Of a stretch of 64,000 nucleotides of DNA, positions 1 to 10,658 are shown one piece after another. The position numbers and the translations under genes were made by a program. The notes under the pieces were generated by a model, which searched no databases, was not told where the DNA came from, and saw only the letters and a program-made list of their open reading frames with translations. Numbering within the stretch: the first letter of the stretch is position 1; every line of letters begins with the position of its first letter. The stretch is from contig JAQBGU010000202.1 of the NCBI GenBank assembly GCA_032128375.1, positions 25,620-89,619 on the forward strand, written 5' to 3'. Source of the stretch: Deltaproteobacteria bacterium. GTDB lineage: Bacteria; Myxococcota_A; UBA9160; SMWR01.

Positions 1-41
1 CGCGCGTAGTAGTCGTCGACGAAGCGCTCGAATTCACTCAT
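1..41 (-). CDS. 5' end of a gene running off the window edge (MSEFERFVDDYYA...), translationally coupled to the exosortase
   Basis: ATG at 41-39 overlaps the exosortase TGA (ATGA overlap); frame is open to the edge. Confidence 0.55.
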   Translation of the reverse strand, partial: MSEFERFVDDYYA

Positions 42-919
42 GATGACGGATCCATCTGCTCGCTCACGTTAGTTCGAGCCACACGGGTCCGGGCCACGAC
101 GGGTTCGGGCCAAAAGAACCGCATCAATGCACCGATGCAAAGGAGCGCCAGACACCCCAACACATACGTCGCCACCCCGGACCAGTCGTGCAGCGGGCCC
201 TTCGTGGCGGCGTCGACGCCCACGTAGTGACATGCCACCAGGGTACCCGCGACGCGCAGCAGATTTCCAAGCATCGCAAGCGGAATGACCGAGACGACCA
301 GGACCGCGCGACGGATCAGGGTTCGCTCGGTGAAGTACGCAAGGAACACGCCCAGCGGCAGCATCGTCACGATCGATGTGATACCGCTGCATGCCTCGGC
401 GACGAACACGGATTCGCCGCCCGGCAGTATGATCACGTTTCCCTCGCGCAACAGCGACATCCCGCCCCACTGCAGCAGATCGACCGCGAATCCGCTCGCC
501 ACGAGCTGAAGCTGCACGATGACCGGCGTGATCCAGGCTTCGGGCAGCGGCACCATGAAAGCGAGGAAACCAACAGGAAAGGCCAGGGTCCGCAGCCATT
601 GCATACCACACAGATAGAGAGTTGCTCCTGCCACTGCGCTCACAAAGCCGACGCCTGCGACGAATACCGAGTCCGTCAGGGCTCCGCAAAGGTTCAAAAA
701 AAGCGACGCGGCGATCACCACGAGTCCGCGAATGTCGCGTTCGCGAGGAATCCGGGCGAGGCGCCGTGCCAGTCCGTTCACCACCCATAGTGCGACGAAA
801 GGCACCAGGAATCCGTGGGAAGCGTATTCCACCCGGCGCCAGACCTGAGCCATGCTCACGAGCGCGGGCACGTAGGCCAGCGCGAGGCACCCGAGAAATA
901 GCTTCTCCCGCAGATGCAT
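38..919 (-). CDS. Exosortase/archaeosortase family protein (EpsH-like)
   Basis: Multi-TM; SHGFLVP, FMVPLP, VAEACSGI (catalytic Cys), NLLRV, LHDWSG motifs; start MHLREK after a GAGGGG SD. Confidence 0.9.
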   Translation of the reverse strand: MHLREKLFLGCLALAYVPALVSMAQVWRRVEYASHGFLVPFVALWVVNGLARRLARIPRERDIRGLVVIAASLFLNLCGALTDSVFVAGVGFVSAVAGATLYLCGMQWLRTLAFPVGFLAFMVPLPEAWITPVIVQLQLVASGFAVDLLQWGGMSLLREGNVIILPGGESVFVAEACSGITSIVTMLPLGVFLAYFTERTLIRRAVLVVSVIPLAMLGNLLRVAGTLVACHYVGVDAATKGPLHDWSGVATYVLGCLALLCIGALMRFFWPEPVVARTRVARTNVSEQMDPSS

Positions 920-1149
920 GAGTCGGACCCCCCTCGAACCGCTCCGTTCCAGTGTCACGGGAGAGCCTACTACGCGCATGAAGTGCCGCAACACGGAGCG
1001 CCCATGGGAACATCGGCGCACGCACCCGTTGGAGATGAGAAATCATGCGCGCTCTCCTCCTTCGCAAAGCGGAGCGTCCAGGCCCAGCTGCTGCTTGCTG
1101 CAAAGCCCTGGAAAGGCCGGGCGATGCGCCGCATCTGGACGACGGCCTG

Positions 1150-1626
1150 TCAGCTGTTCTCTTTCCAGTCGGCTACCAGCGACTCCATCGTGACGTTCGC
1201 AACGACCTTCCCATCCTCGTCGAGAATTTCGTAGAGAAGCCCAGTGCTGGAATGATTCCCGAAGAAGACCACCCCGCCCATTTCTCCGCCGCGCTCGAGA
1301 TGCGGTAGCGCGTCGCCCACCGTCAACGCGTAGTCGCCGGCGCCTCGCACCTTGTGCACCCCACGAGTGCCATCTGGATGGATATCCCATAGATGCTGCT
1401 CGCCCTCGAGCACGAGGACGGTCGTTGTTGCGGTGTGTCGATGGATCGGGCAATGACCGCCGTCACCCTCCCACCGCACCAGCATATCGAGAGTCCCCGC
1501 GGCCAGATCGTATCCGAGAATTGTGTAGTCGTGGCGAACCATGTACGAAAGCTCGGGGCCGCCGATCACTTCCCGCCATCTGTGGCGGTGGGATTCGAAA
1601 AAGCGCTGGTCCATTCTCTGAGCCAT
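1150..1626 (-). CDS. Cupin-domain protein
   Basis: CPIHRH...VLVLEGEQH and PHLE cupin motifs; GAGGAGG SD before MAQRMDQ. Confidence 0.75.
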   Translation of the reverse strand: MAQRMDQRFFESHRHRWREVIGGPELSYMVRHDYTILGYDLAAGTLDMLVRWEGDGGHCPIHRHTATTTVLVLEGEQHLWDIHPDGTRGVHKVRGAGDYALTVGDALPHLERGGEMGGVVFFGNHSSTGLLYEILDEDGKVVANVTMESLVADWKENS

Positions 1627-1808
1627 CAGGGGGTCCTCCTCGGTTGGATCATCGGTAGACATCGAATCCACACTTCCGTCGCGGAGTTTAGCCCAGCTCG
1701 AGACCGCTCTGGCTTGCCCGGTTGTTTGGACGACCTCCCATCCCGCACGAGCCAGACGCACAGCTGCTCTAGGATAGGCGCGGGACAACAGAAGGGGGTC
1801 GTTATGCG

Positions 1809-1988
1809 ATGCCGTTGCCGTCGCTGCCGTTTCGCTATGCGAGTGTCGATCGCTGGCTCCGGACGGCCGCAGCCACGCTCGGCCAACACAATGCGCTTGT
1901 CTTGGGCGGAGTTCTCGGGCTGTCGTCCGACGAACTTCGCGATCTCGAAGCGGATGGCGTGATCGGTACGCGTCCCGAGGGTCTCTGA
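1809..1988 (+). pseudogene. Orphan 3' remnant of a family III (CaiB/BaiF) CoA-transferase
   Basis: Reads PLPSLPFRYASVDRWLRTAAATLGQHNALVLGGVLGLSSDELRDLEADGVIGTRPEGL*, a typical C-terminal tail; the rest of the gene is absent. Confidence 0.7.
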
Positions 1989-2126
1989 GGCAATCCCCAT
2001 TCGCTCGAATCGAGAAGGATGTCCGCGTTACGGCGCCCCGGGAACTTGGCGCACGCGCACGCGAGGAAGATCGCCATTTTTCAGTCACATCGAGGACGCT
2101 GTGAAACGCAATTCACGTCTCGTGGG

Positions 2127-2549
2127 TCACTTTCGCAGAGCGCGAAAACGCGGAACTGCGAGGTCGGGCCCCATATCCTCCCAGACGACCTCCACGGCCA
2201 TTCCAATTTCCAGATCCTCCAGAGGCGTTTCCACGAGGTTCGAAATCATTCGCACCCCTTCGGCACCGTCGAGATCGATCACGGCAATCACGAAGGGGAG
2301 TTGCTGGCCGGCGGCGATCGGGCGGTGGACAATGGTGTAGGTGTAGAGTTCGCCGCGGCCCGATACCTCTTGCCAATGCGCGGCGTCCGATCTGCAGGAC
2401 GGACAGATCGGTGCGGCGGGCAGGCGCTGGTGCGAGCAATCATCGCAGCGTTGCACGAGCAGCCTGTGTTCGGCCGCGGCTTGCCACCAGGGTACCGAAG
2501 CGTTGTCGGCCATCGGTTGCGGCATGCTATCGGGGAACCAACGCCTCAT
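2127..2549 (-). CDS. DUF35 Zn-ribbon/OB-fold protein (thiolase/aldolase partner, ChsH2-C-like)
   Basis: QRCDDC...PICPSC zinc ribbon, GELYTYTIV, LEIGMAVEVVW; ATGA overlap with the upstream thiolase-like gene. Confidence 0.9.
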   Translation of the reverse strand: MRRWFPDSMPQPMADNASVPWWQAAAEHRLLVQRCDDCSHQRLPAAPICPSCRSDAAHWQEVSGRGELYTYTIVHRPIAAGQQLPFVIAVIDLDGAEGVRMISNLVETPLEDLEIGMAVEVVWEDMGPDLAVPRFRALRK

Positions 2550-3782
2550 TGCGATCTCCCAAGCAGCAGTGCGCTCGATGGAACGCAGGCGCCGCTGGTG
2601 ACGAGGCAGACTTCCGCGCCCTCGACGGGACTGGTGGACTCACCACGTAACGATCGCGCCCCCTTCGACGACGTGATTGAGGCCGTGGATGTAGGCTTCG
2701 GAGAGGCTGCCGCCATGGGTATTGGTTGGCAGCGATCCACCCGACCAGGCCAGTGCGCCAGTCTCGATGAAGGGGCCGGCTTCGCCGCGCCCACAGAAGC
2801 CGAAATCCTCGATTTGCATGAGCACGCAACCCGTGAAGTGATCGTAGATCTGCGCCACGTCGACGTCAGCGGGGCCGAGACCGGCGTGTGCATACAAGCG
2901 CTTCGCCATGGATTCGCAGCCGCCGGTTGCATACAGGTCGTCCGACACGCTTGCGTTGGAAAATGGCCCGAATGCGTAACCCTTGGGTGCTCCTTGGGCG
3001 GATGCCAGAATTTCAACCGGTGGCTTCTGCAGGTCGCGCGCACGTTCGGCGGTCGTTACCACCACGGCACAAGCACCGTCGGTCTCGAGACAGCAATCGA
3101 ACAGGTGATGGGGGTCTGCGACCATCGGCGAGTTCTGGTGGTCGGCGAGGCTGAGAGGTCTGTCGCCCATGATCGCGCGTGGGTTGCGCGAAGCGTGCTC
3201 GCGAAATGTCACGGCGAGCATTCCCAGTTGCTCGCTCGTGGTTCCATACAGGTGCATGTGCCGGCGGGTCGGGAGCGCGTAGGCGGCCGCGGCCATCAGC
3301 ATTCCATACGGCATCGCAAAACCAAGCGAAGCCATCAACAACGATGGTGCGGACTGGACGGTTGGAGGCGGGGGGGCACCGGTCGGGGCGGCCGGGGGCG
3401 GACCCCCTTGGCCGAAGCGGAAGAACTGCCCTTGACATAACGAGCGGTACACCACAACGACTTCCGCCTGGCCGGCTTCCACCGCCATCGCGGCATTGCC
3501 GACCGCCGCACATCCACCGCCGCCGCCGGGCATCCACACCATGTTGGCGAAACGCAGCTCTGGAAGCCCTAGCTCTGCCGCCAGGAAGATGGCGTCATTG
3601 CGATCTTCCGCGAACGACGTCATTCCATCGACGTCATCCATCGAAAGGCCCGCATCGGCGACCGCACGCTTGATTGCCTGGATCGCGAGGGCATGCTCGC
3701 TGATGTCTCCAATTTTGCCCCATTTGGTGTAACGCGTCTCGCCGACGCCGACGATATGAGCACGTCGCTCTGCAGCCGTCAC
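2546..3782 (-). CDS. Thiolase-superfamily lipid-transfer protein / Ltp2-like aldolase, with a frameshift in a G5 run (2659-2663)
   Basis: DCCLETDG, YDHFT, NTHGGSLSEAYIHGLN motifs; the conserved tail ARSLRGESTSPVEGAEVCLVTSG continues in another frame to a stop at 2546. Confidence 0.85.
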
Positions 3783-4134
3783 GAGTGAACTCCCGGACCA
3801 CAAGGCTGCCAAAGGGTCATGTGCGCTGACGCTCCCTGCATCGGAACCTCTCCGTGGCGCGCTGTTGATGTATGCAGATCCGCCCCCGAGGACGTCTTGC
3901 AAGACGGGGATCGTCCCGGCGAACGCGCTCTGCGTCAATGCCTCTTCGTCGTCAATTCGTCGAGGGCCGAGCGCGCATCATCGCTTCGTCCGCGTAGCGC
4001 TTGCTAGTGTTCCAAGGTCCAGGGTGGGGCCACACATAGCGCAGCCACACAGAGCGGCCACACGGATTGCAGCGACACTCAGCGGCCGGCGGCTAGAGCG
4101 ATCACAGATGGAGCAGCTACAGTGAAGCAGCTAC

Positions 4135-4184
4135 ACATGCAGGAAAGACATGCAGGAAAGACATGCAGGAAAGACGCAGGAAAG
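4135..4184 (+). repeat. 13-bp tandem repeat ACATGCAGGAAAG x3 plus one 11-bp unit, over the thioesterase start
   Basis: Read directly; ATGs at 4137, 4150 and 4163. Confidence 0.9.
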
Positions 4185-4950
4185 CTTCTTCCAGTTCGAC
4201 GGCGAGCTGTTCTGGCCGACAAGTCGCGCGCAGGGCCCTTGGGGCAATAGCACATTGCACGGCCGCGTCATTGCGGGCCTGTTTGCGCGTTGCCTCGAAC
4301 AGGAATATGGTGACGAGGATTTTCAATTCGCCCGTCTGACCGTCGATCTCTTCCGAATGGCCACGATGCAGCCGGTTTCCATCAGCGTAGAGCGTGTGCG
4401 CCAGGGCCGACGCATTCTGGTGTGTCACGCTGTGGCGGCGAGTGAGGGTAAGGAGATCGCCCGCGCGTCCGCTGTACAGCTGCGGCGCGGCGATGAGCCG
4501 CCCGGGAATATCTGGCAGCCCGATCCCTGGGACGTTCCGCTCCCCGATGCACTCGAGCCGATGAACGCGCAGGGGACCTGGACGCCGATGTGGGAGACCC
4601 GCGCGATCGCGGGCAGCAGCTTTGCGGGTCCGGGGCAGCGGCGGATGTGGATTCGAGAGACGCTCGCGCTGGTGGCGGGGGAAGCGCTCACGCCGTTCGT
4701 TCGCGTGGCCAGTGCGGCCGACATCGCGAGTCCTCTTTCGATGTCGAGCGACGTAGGGCTCGGGTATGTGAACGCTGACATCAGCCTGTATCTCCACCGG
4801 CTGCCTGTGGGAGAGTGGATCGGATGGGAAGTGTGCGACCACGGGAGTGCCGCGGGCGTGGGCCAGGGGGAGTGCCGCGTCTACGACCAGCAGGGGCCGA
4901 TCGGCAAGAGCCTGGTATGTGCGGTCGCGAATCCGCGACTCATTGGCTGA
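4150..4950 (+). CDS. Acyl-CoA thioesterase family protein (double hot-dog fold)
   Basis: GPW...LHG, RLTVDLFR, YVNADISLYLHRLPVGEWIG. Confidence 0.85.
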   Translation: MQERHAGKTQESFFQFDGELFWPTSRAQGPWGNSTLHGRVIAGLFARCLEQEYGDEDFQFARLTVDLFRMATMQPVSISVERVRQGRRILVCHAVAASEGKEIARASAVQLRRGDEPPGNIWQPDPWDVPLPDALEPMNAQGTWTPMWETRAIAGSSFAGPGQRRMWIRETLALVAGEALTPFVRVASAADIASPLSMSSDVGLGYVNADISLYLHRLPVGEWIGWEVCDHGSAAGVGQGECRVYDQQGPIGKSLVCAVANPRLIG

Positions 4951-5111
4951 CCCACTTCGCGCCGTTGTCCCCAAATTGGGGCTCGGTTCGGTATTTCACG
5001 AAGTGATGACCGCGGATTCTCCGAGCCAGGAGGCTGACCCGGCGCGTCAGCCGACGCCGCAAAGCGAATCCGAAGGATTCGCCAGCGAGGTGTCGCGGCT
5101 ATCCTCGACGC

Positions 5112-6518
5112 GTGGAATTCATCTCGCTGGTATTCGCATGGGTCGCCGACAACGAGTCCGCGCTCTCGGGCGTAGCGGCCGCCATCGTCATCATCGGTGT
5201 CTTGTTGTCTCCGCTGCGGCGCCGGCTCTCGAGTTCGGCCGCCAGAGACTTCGCCGAGGGTAGGGCCGGGCGCGGCGAGCAGCCGCAGCCGGTCGTCACT
5301 CCGAACCCTGTCACGGATCGACCCTCGATCGCGGTGCTGCCGTTCCAAAACTTGTCGGGAGACCCGAACCACGAATATCTGGCCGATGGTCTCAGTGAGG
5401 ACATCATCACCGGGCTCTCGCGCGTGAAACAGTTCTTCGTCATCGCGCGCAACACGACCTTCACATACAAGGGCCGGGCGGTGGACGTGCAGGAAGTGTC
5501 GCGCGACCTCGGGGTTCGTTACGTACTCGAAGGGAGTGTCCGCGCGATCGGCGACCGAATTCGTGTCAGCGCGCAACTCATCGATGCGACAACACGCGCT
5601 CACATCTGGGCAGAGCGTTTCGACCGGCCGCTGGTAGAGATCCTCGCGGTCGACGACGAAGTGACTGATGCGATCGTTGCCGCGTTGCAACCGGCCGTTC
5701 GCCGCGCCGAGATCGAGATTTCGCGCCGCGCCGACCCGGGCGACCTCGGCGCCTGGGCGCTGGTGAACCGAGCGTGGTTCTCCATCCAAAGCGACCTCAG
5801 TGACGACGGAAAGGTGCGGGCCGCGGCGCGTGCGTGCGAAGAAGCCGTCGCGCTCGATCCCAACTATGCACTTGCACACGCCGTGCTCGCGCATGCGAGA
5901 TCGCTCACCGCGCAGTTGGAGGCCACGCCGGACACCCAAGATGTGATGGCTCCGATGGCGCGCGCGCTCGAGCTGGCGCCCGACGACCCGGGGGTTCAGC
6001 ACGCCTACGCAGCCGTACTCGGAAATATGGGTCGAACCAAGGAGGCGATGCGCGCGTGGGAACGCAGCCTGGAACTCAACCCGAACAACGCCGGTGCGAG
6101 AGCGGGTCTTGGCATTGCGCAGATCTACCAGAAGCGGCACGAGGATGCAGTCGCGAACATCGACACTGCGTTGCGCCTGTCTCCATCGGATCCGCTGCTC
6201 TACCACTGGCTCGCGCACCGCGCGTTGGCCTGCGCGATGCTCACACGTTGGGATGAATCTCTCGAAAATGCGGCCGACTCAGTACACCGAAACGGATCGC
6301 GTGTCGGTTGGGCTGTATACGCTGGAGCGCTCGCCCGTGCTGGTCGGCTTCCGGAAGCGGGTCAGGCGTGGCGAAAGCTTGTCGCCCAAACGCCAGACAT
6401 CTCGCCGGCCGCTCTGTCGGTTTTGGTGCGCGGTGTCACGGTCGATAGAGCGCGGGCTGACGCCGTGATGCGAGACCTGGTACTGGCCAGCGAAGCTGCC
6501 TCGTCCGATGCGCTGTAG
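5112..6518 (+). CDS. Membrane-anchored TolB-N-like domain plus TPR-repeat protein
   Basis: N-terminal TM, PSIAVLPFQNLSGD...LGVRYVLEGSVR, followed by TPR repeats. Confidence 0.85.
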   Translation: MEFISLVFAWVADNESALSGVAAAIVIIGVLLSPLRRRLSSSAARDFAEGRAGRGEQPQPVVTPNPVTDRPSIAVLPFQNLSGDPNHEYLADGLSEDIITGLSRVKQFFVIARNTTFTYKGRAVDVQEVSRDLGVRYVLEGSVRAIGDRIRVSAQLIDATTRAHIWAERFDRPLVEILAVDDEVTDAIVAALQPAVRRAEIEISRRADPGDLGAWALVNRAWFSIQSDLSDDGKVRAAARACEEAVALDPNYALAHAVLAHARSLTAQLEATPDTQDVMAPMARALELAPDDPGVQHAYAAVLGNMGRTKEAMRAWERSLELNPNNAGARAGLGIAQIYQKRHEDAVANIDTALRLSPSDPLLYHWLAHRALACAMLTRWDESLENAADSVHRNGSRVGWAVYAGALARAGRLPEAGQAWRKLVAQTPDISPAALSVLVRGVTVDRARADAVMRDLVLASEAASSDAL

Positions 6519-6617
6519 AGGACGATGCGGTAGAAGGCCGGAGGTTCGAAACCGCTGGCGAACTCCGTTACCTGCAGCTCCGCTCCCGGAGCGGCCGGCT
6601 GGCGGAACCCCACACGC

Positions 6618-7079
6618 TCAGTCCGGATGCATTTCTCCCGGAGCTGCTGCTTCGAGGCGAAACAGATAAGCTTCGACAACGTTCTCGTTGCTGGGACGTG
6701 AGCCGTATTTCTCCTGATATGCGTCGCTGAATCGATCGAACTCGTCCTGGGCTTCGACGCGGGTCGCCTGCAGTTCGTAGATATCGTCCTCGATCCGAAC
6801 GCGAACGGCGCGATCGGTCTGCATATTCTCGACCCAGCGGCTGCGGTTCGCACCGGCGTGTACGTAGAGCACGGGGCCCATCCCGACAGCCCAAATGTTG
6901 ACCGAGTATGGGTCGTTCGGGTTGGTCTCGAGCTGCACTGTATCCACGTCGACGGTGTTGGACCAATCGCTCGGAGCTGGCTTCGCAGCACCGTCGAGCT
7001 TCCCTCCCGGAAGGAGTAAGAAGGGCCCACAGCCCACGATCAGCCATAGAACTTGCACTGCGATGAGCCGGGCGAACAT
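6618..7079 (-). CDS. DUF2255-like split-barrel protein, probable lipoprotein
   Basis: LIVGC lipobox-like signal; PYSVNIW...LYV...RWVEN...YQEKYG; AGGAGG SD. Confidence 0.65.
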   Translation of the reverse strand: MFARLIAVQVLWLIVGCGPFLLLPGGKLDGAAKPAPSDWSNTVDVDTVQLETNPNDPYSVNIWAVGMGPVLYVHAGANRSRWVENMQTDRAVRVRIEDDIYELQATRVEAQDEFDRFSDAYQEKYGSRPSNENVVEAYLFRLEAAAPGEMHPD

Positions 7080-7206
7080 CGAATCGCCTCCTGGGGCGCG
7101 ACAAAGTTGTGAGCCGAAGCGGTGCGCTGGTTGCAAAGATCATATCAGAGCGATTTCGATCGCACTGCGCGGTGTCGCGCGGGTCCTTGCGCAGCTCCGG
7201 AACCGA

Positions 7207-8100
7207 TTAGACCGCGTCCTGTTCTCGCTTGTTGGCGCTGTCCGCGATGGCATGATTCGTGACGGAAACGTCGCCCTTCTCACCGAATTGCGGCTTGTAC
7301 TTGGCGGACACGTAGTCACCGATGCGCTGCATGCGCGCCATCTCATCGGTGTCGAGGGGGCCGGCGTCGAGCGCACGAATGGCCTCCTGCATCTGCTCGC
7401 GGTTGGCTGGGCCGCATAGCGCGAGGCTCACCGCCGGATGGCTCAGCGCGAAGCGATAGCAGTCACGAGCGGCGGGCGGTGTTTCGCCGGGTGGCATCTT
7501 CTTCGGATCGAGGAGGTGGCCCCAGCGCGTGGCCGTATAGGCGACGATACCGGGACGCCCAGACTCTTTGAGGTGGGGGAAAACATCGCGCTCGGCGCCC
7601 CGGTGCGCGGCGTTGTAGCGCAACATGAAAGAGTCGAAGGGGCTCTGTTTGGCCTCGAAGTGACGGAAGTGCGCCTGAAGCGACGGGCGATTGTGGGTGC
7701 TGATCATCAGGTGGTGCACCTTGCCGTTGTGCTTCAGGTGCTGAGCCGCGTCGATCAGGGCCTGGCTCGGAGGCTTGTTCCACATACCCAGCAGCAGGAT
7801 GTCGAAATACTCGACCCCAGCGCGGCGCAGCGCGAGTTCGATGGAGGGCGCCATCAACGCCGCCACCCGCGTGTAGGACTGCACGGTCAGGACGACACCC
7901 TCGCGGTTCTTGCGCGCCACGTTCTTGATCGCGCGCCCGAAGGCGGGCCTTCTGATCGAGCCCCAGTAGAGGTAATTGATCCCCTGGTCGACGGCCTCCT
8001 CGATGAAGGCGGGATTGCGGGTGAAACTGCTGCCGATGCCAAGCCGGCTCACCCGAAGGCCCGTCTGGCCCAGCGGGATCGGGGTGCGAAAGTCCGTCAT
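7207..8100 (-). CDS. Aldo/keto reductase
   Basis: LGQTGLRVSRLGIG, RYNAAHRGAE, CYRFALSHPAV; GGAGGAG SD. Confidence 0.85.
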   Translation of the reverse strand: MTDFRTPIPLGQTGLRVSRLGIGSSFTRNPAFIEEAVDQGINYLYWGSIRRPAFGRAIKNVARKNREGVVLTVQSYTRVAALMAPSIELALRRAGVEYFDILLLGMWNKPPSQALIDAAQHLKHNGKVHHLMISTHNRPSLQAHFRHFEAKQSPFDSFMLRYNAAHRGAERDVFPHLKESGRPGIVAYTATRWGHLLDPKKMPPGETPPAARDCYRFALSHPAVSLALCGPANREQMQEAIRALDAGPLDTDEMARMQRIGDYVSAKYKPQFGEKGDVSVTNHAIADSANKREQDAV

Positions 8101-8521
8101 AGAGGCTCCTCCGGTGTACACGGCGGAACTCTAGGTCAATGCGCCTCGATCAATATCCACTTTGTCGAGGCCGACCCAGAATTTGGATCGAATGCACGAG
8201 GAATCGCCCGTTCCGGCTGACATTCGGATGCGCTTCGGGTGCACTTCACGGTCTTCGAAGGGCACAGCGCTCGAGTCGAGGCAGCCGTTGAGGCCCGGGA
8301 GCACCCTCGTCCATCTCTCGCGAGGCTCCGACCACTGCAGGGAGCTCGTCAGAGAACTTCGCGGTGGCTTGGTGTTGGTCGCAATCCTGCCGCAAACTGT
8401 CAGGAGGCGATGTCACTGCGGGGCCAGCGGGTTTGAGGCACATTGGGAATGCGGCATGTTCTACTGCTGGAGATTCCGCGCACGAGCGGATCTCAGATGC
8501 GAGCAAATGCACGGAGAGGCG

Positions 8522-8929
8522 ATGGTCCGGGGAAGTTGTTTGTGTGGCGCAGTTCGATTCGAGATTGACGGTCGCATCAGCGACATCCACCGCTGTCACT
8601 GCTCGATATGTCGAAAGGCGACTGGCGCAGGAGCGATTGCCATCTTGGCGACGGCTGCCAAGAGCCTGAAGTGGGTGTGCGGGGAAGACGCAATCCGCTG
8701 CTTCGAACGGCCGAGTGGATGGACGGCGGCGTTCTGCCCCACGTGCGGTACGCCCGCCCCGCGGCTACACCCGAACGGGAAGATCTGGTCGATTCCCACG
8801 GGTTGCCTGGATGATGATCCCGGTGTGAAGGTGGCCGAACACATCTTCGTTGGGTCGATCGCAAGCTGGGACCATGTCGCCCCTGGGGCGGCCGAGTATG
8901 ACGAATGGGATCCCGGGCACGACACCTGA
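8522..8929 (+). CDS. GFA (CENP-V) family zinc protein
   Basis: GSCLCGAVRF, CHCSICRK, FCPTCGTP, HIFVGS. Confidence 0.9.
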   Translation: MVRGSCLCGAVRFEIDGRISDIHRCHCSICRKATGAGAIAILATAAKSLKWVCGEDAIRCFERPSGWTAAFCPTCGTPAPRLHPNGKIWSIPTGCLDDDPGVKVAEHIFVGSIASWDHVAPGAAEYDEWDPGHDT

Positions 8930-9073
8930 TGATCCCATCCGGTTGATCGTGCAGATGCCGACCGATCGTGTGCCAAGCCCGGGAGGATCACCGATACCCG
9001 ATCGCAGGGGCCTCGTTCGCGTGCCTTCGTCGTGTACACTGGAAATCCCATTCAGCGCCCAAAGGAAAACCCA

Positions 9074-9649
9074 GTGAACAGTGCACAGCAGAGGTTCGGT
9101 GAGCCCAAAGAGAGGGTCGCGAAGAAGGTCCAGTCGTACCTCAACTCGATGGTCCAGGATTTCATCCGCAGCGCGCCTTTCGCGGTGCTCGCCACGGCGA
9201 ACGATCAAGGGGACTGCGATGCGTCACCCAAAGGCGGAAACCCCGGCTTCGTGAAGGTGCTCGACGAAAAGCGGCTGGTGGTGCCGGATATTGCCGGCAA
9301 CAAGCTCTTCCAATCCTACGAAAACGTGGAGCGCAACCCGAAAGCGGGTTTGGTTTTCTTGATTCCGGGTTGCGATTGGACGGTGCGCGTCAACGGGCGC
9401 GCGCAGCGGCTCGATACCAAGACCGGAGAACTCGACGCTGCAGTACCCGAGGTTCTCTGGGAAGACGACAACACCAAGGTCATCCAGGGTTTGCTTGTCG
9501 ATGTGGATGAAGCCTACGCCCACTGTCCGAGGGCTTTCTTGTTTTCCAAGCTGTGGGATCCGACCCGCCTGCAAGCCACATTGGACGAGAGCCCCAACGC
9601 CTATTGGTTCAAACGCTGGCGTGCGGATATGGAACCAAACCTGACCTAG
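9074..9649 (+). CDS. PPOX-type FMN-binding flavoprotein (MSMEG_1061-like)
   Basis: DASPKGGNPGFV, PDIAGNK, VRVNGRA, AHCPRAFLFSKLW; AAGGA SD before GTG. Confidence 0.85.
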   Translation: MNSAQQRFGEPKERVAKKVQSYLNSMVQDFIRSAPFAVLATANDQGDCDASPKGGNPGFVKVLDEKRLVVPDIAGNKLFQSYENVERNPKAGLVFLIPGCDWTVRVNGRAQRLDTKTGELDAAVPEVLWEDDNTKVIQGLLVDVDEAYAHCPRAFLFSKLWDPTRLQATLDESPNAYWFKRWRADMEPNLT

Positions 9650-9674
9650 GACGGCAGCAAGCCAGGAACTCGCC

Positions 9675-10535
9675 ATGACGACCGAGAAGAGCTTCGAAGT
9701 CTCACCTCTCGAGTCAACCTTCGGGGCCGTAGTGCAAGGCTTGAAGCTGGTGCAGCTCGATGACACCAGCTTCGCCGAGCTCTACGAGACGTGGCTCGAA
9801 CATGCGCTGCTGATCTTCCCCGCTCAGCACCTCAGCAACGAGGAGCAGGTCGCGTTTGCGCGGCGATTCGGTGAGCTCGAGTTCGATCTCGTTCCGATCA
9901 GTAACGTCCGCCGAGACGGGAGTGTACGCGCCGATGACGACGACGTCGTCAAGGTGCTCAAGGGCAACATGGGCTGGCACTCTGACAGCACCTACATGCC
10001 GGTGCAGGCAAAGGGGGCGGTGTTCACCGCCCACCGCGTTTCGTCTAGTGGCGGGGAAACTGGTTGGGCAGATATGCGCGCGGCCTACGACGCGCTCGAT
10101 GACGCGACTCGGGCGCAGATCTCCCAGCTGTCGGCCTACCACTCGCTCATCTACAGCCAAGGCAAAATCGGTCATACACCGAATGAAGTCAGCGACTATG
10201 GTGGCTACGGCTTTCACGGCCAGGCTCCTCCCCTGCGGCCGTTGGTCAAGATCCACCCCGAGACCGGGCGCCGCTCGCTGCTGATCGGACGCCACGCATA
10301 CGGAATCCCCGGAATGGACCCCGATGAATCCGAGCGCCTACTGCAGGGCCTCATCGACTTCGCATGCCAACCTCCCCGGATTCACCACCACAATTGGGCC
10401 CCCGGTGATGCAGTCGTGTGGGACAACCGCTGCCTGCTGCATCGAGGCCGTCCGTGGGACATGACTGAACCGCGAGTGATGTTCCACGCCCGAATCGCCG
10501 GCGATCCGGCAACCGAATTCGCTACACAGGGTTGA
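9675..10535 (+). CDS. TauD/TfdA family 2-oxoglutarate-dependent dioxygenase
   Basis: WHSD (HxD), HPETGR, VVWDNRCLLHR. Confidence 0.92.
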   Translation: MTTEKSFEVSPLESTFGAVVQGLKLVQLDDTSFAELYETWLEHALLIFPAQHLSNEEQVAFARRFGELEFDLVPISNVRRDGSVRADDDDVVKVLKGNMGWHSDSTYMPVQAKGAVFTAHRVSSSGGETGWADMRAAYDALDDATRAQISQLSAYHSLIYSQGKIGHTPNEVSDYGGYGFHGQAPPLRPLVKIHPETGRRSLLIGRHAYGIPGMDPDESERLLQGLIDFACQPPRIHHHNWAPGDAVVWDNRCLLHRGRPWDMTEPRVMFHARIAGDPATEFATQG

Positions 10536-10658
10536 CTACGCTGACGGCTCGATCGGCGCTGCCAATGCGGCGCGGTCTTCTCGCTCGCGTCGAGGGCCGG
10601 CCAATCTCCCCGAAGACGTCAACTGTCCGAAGCGCGACCTCGAGCGGACAGCGTGGGG

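Noticed and set aside
6543..6553. GGTTCGAAACC resembling a tRNA T-arm
   Set aside because: No acceptor stem, D-arm or anticodon arm could be built around it
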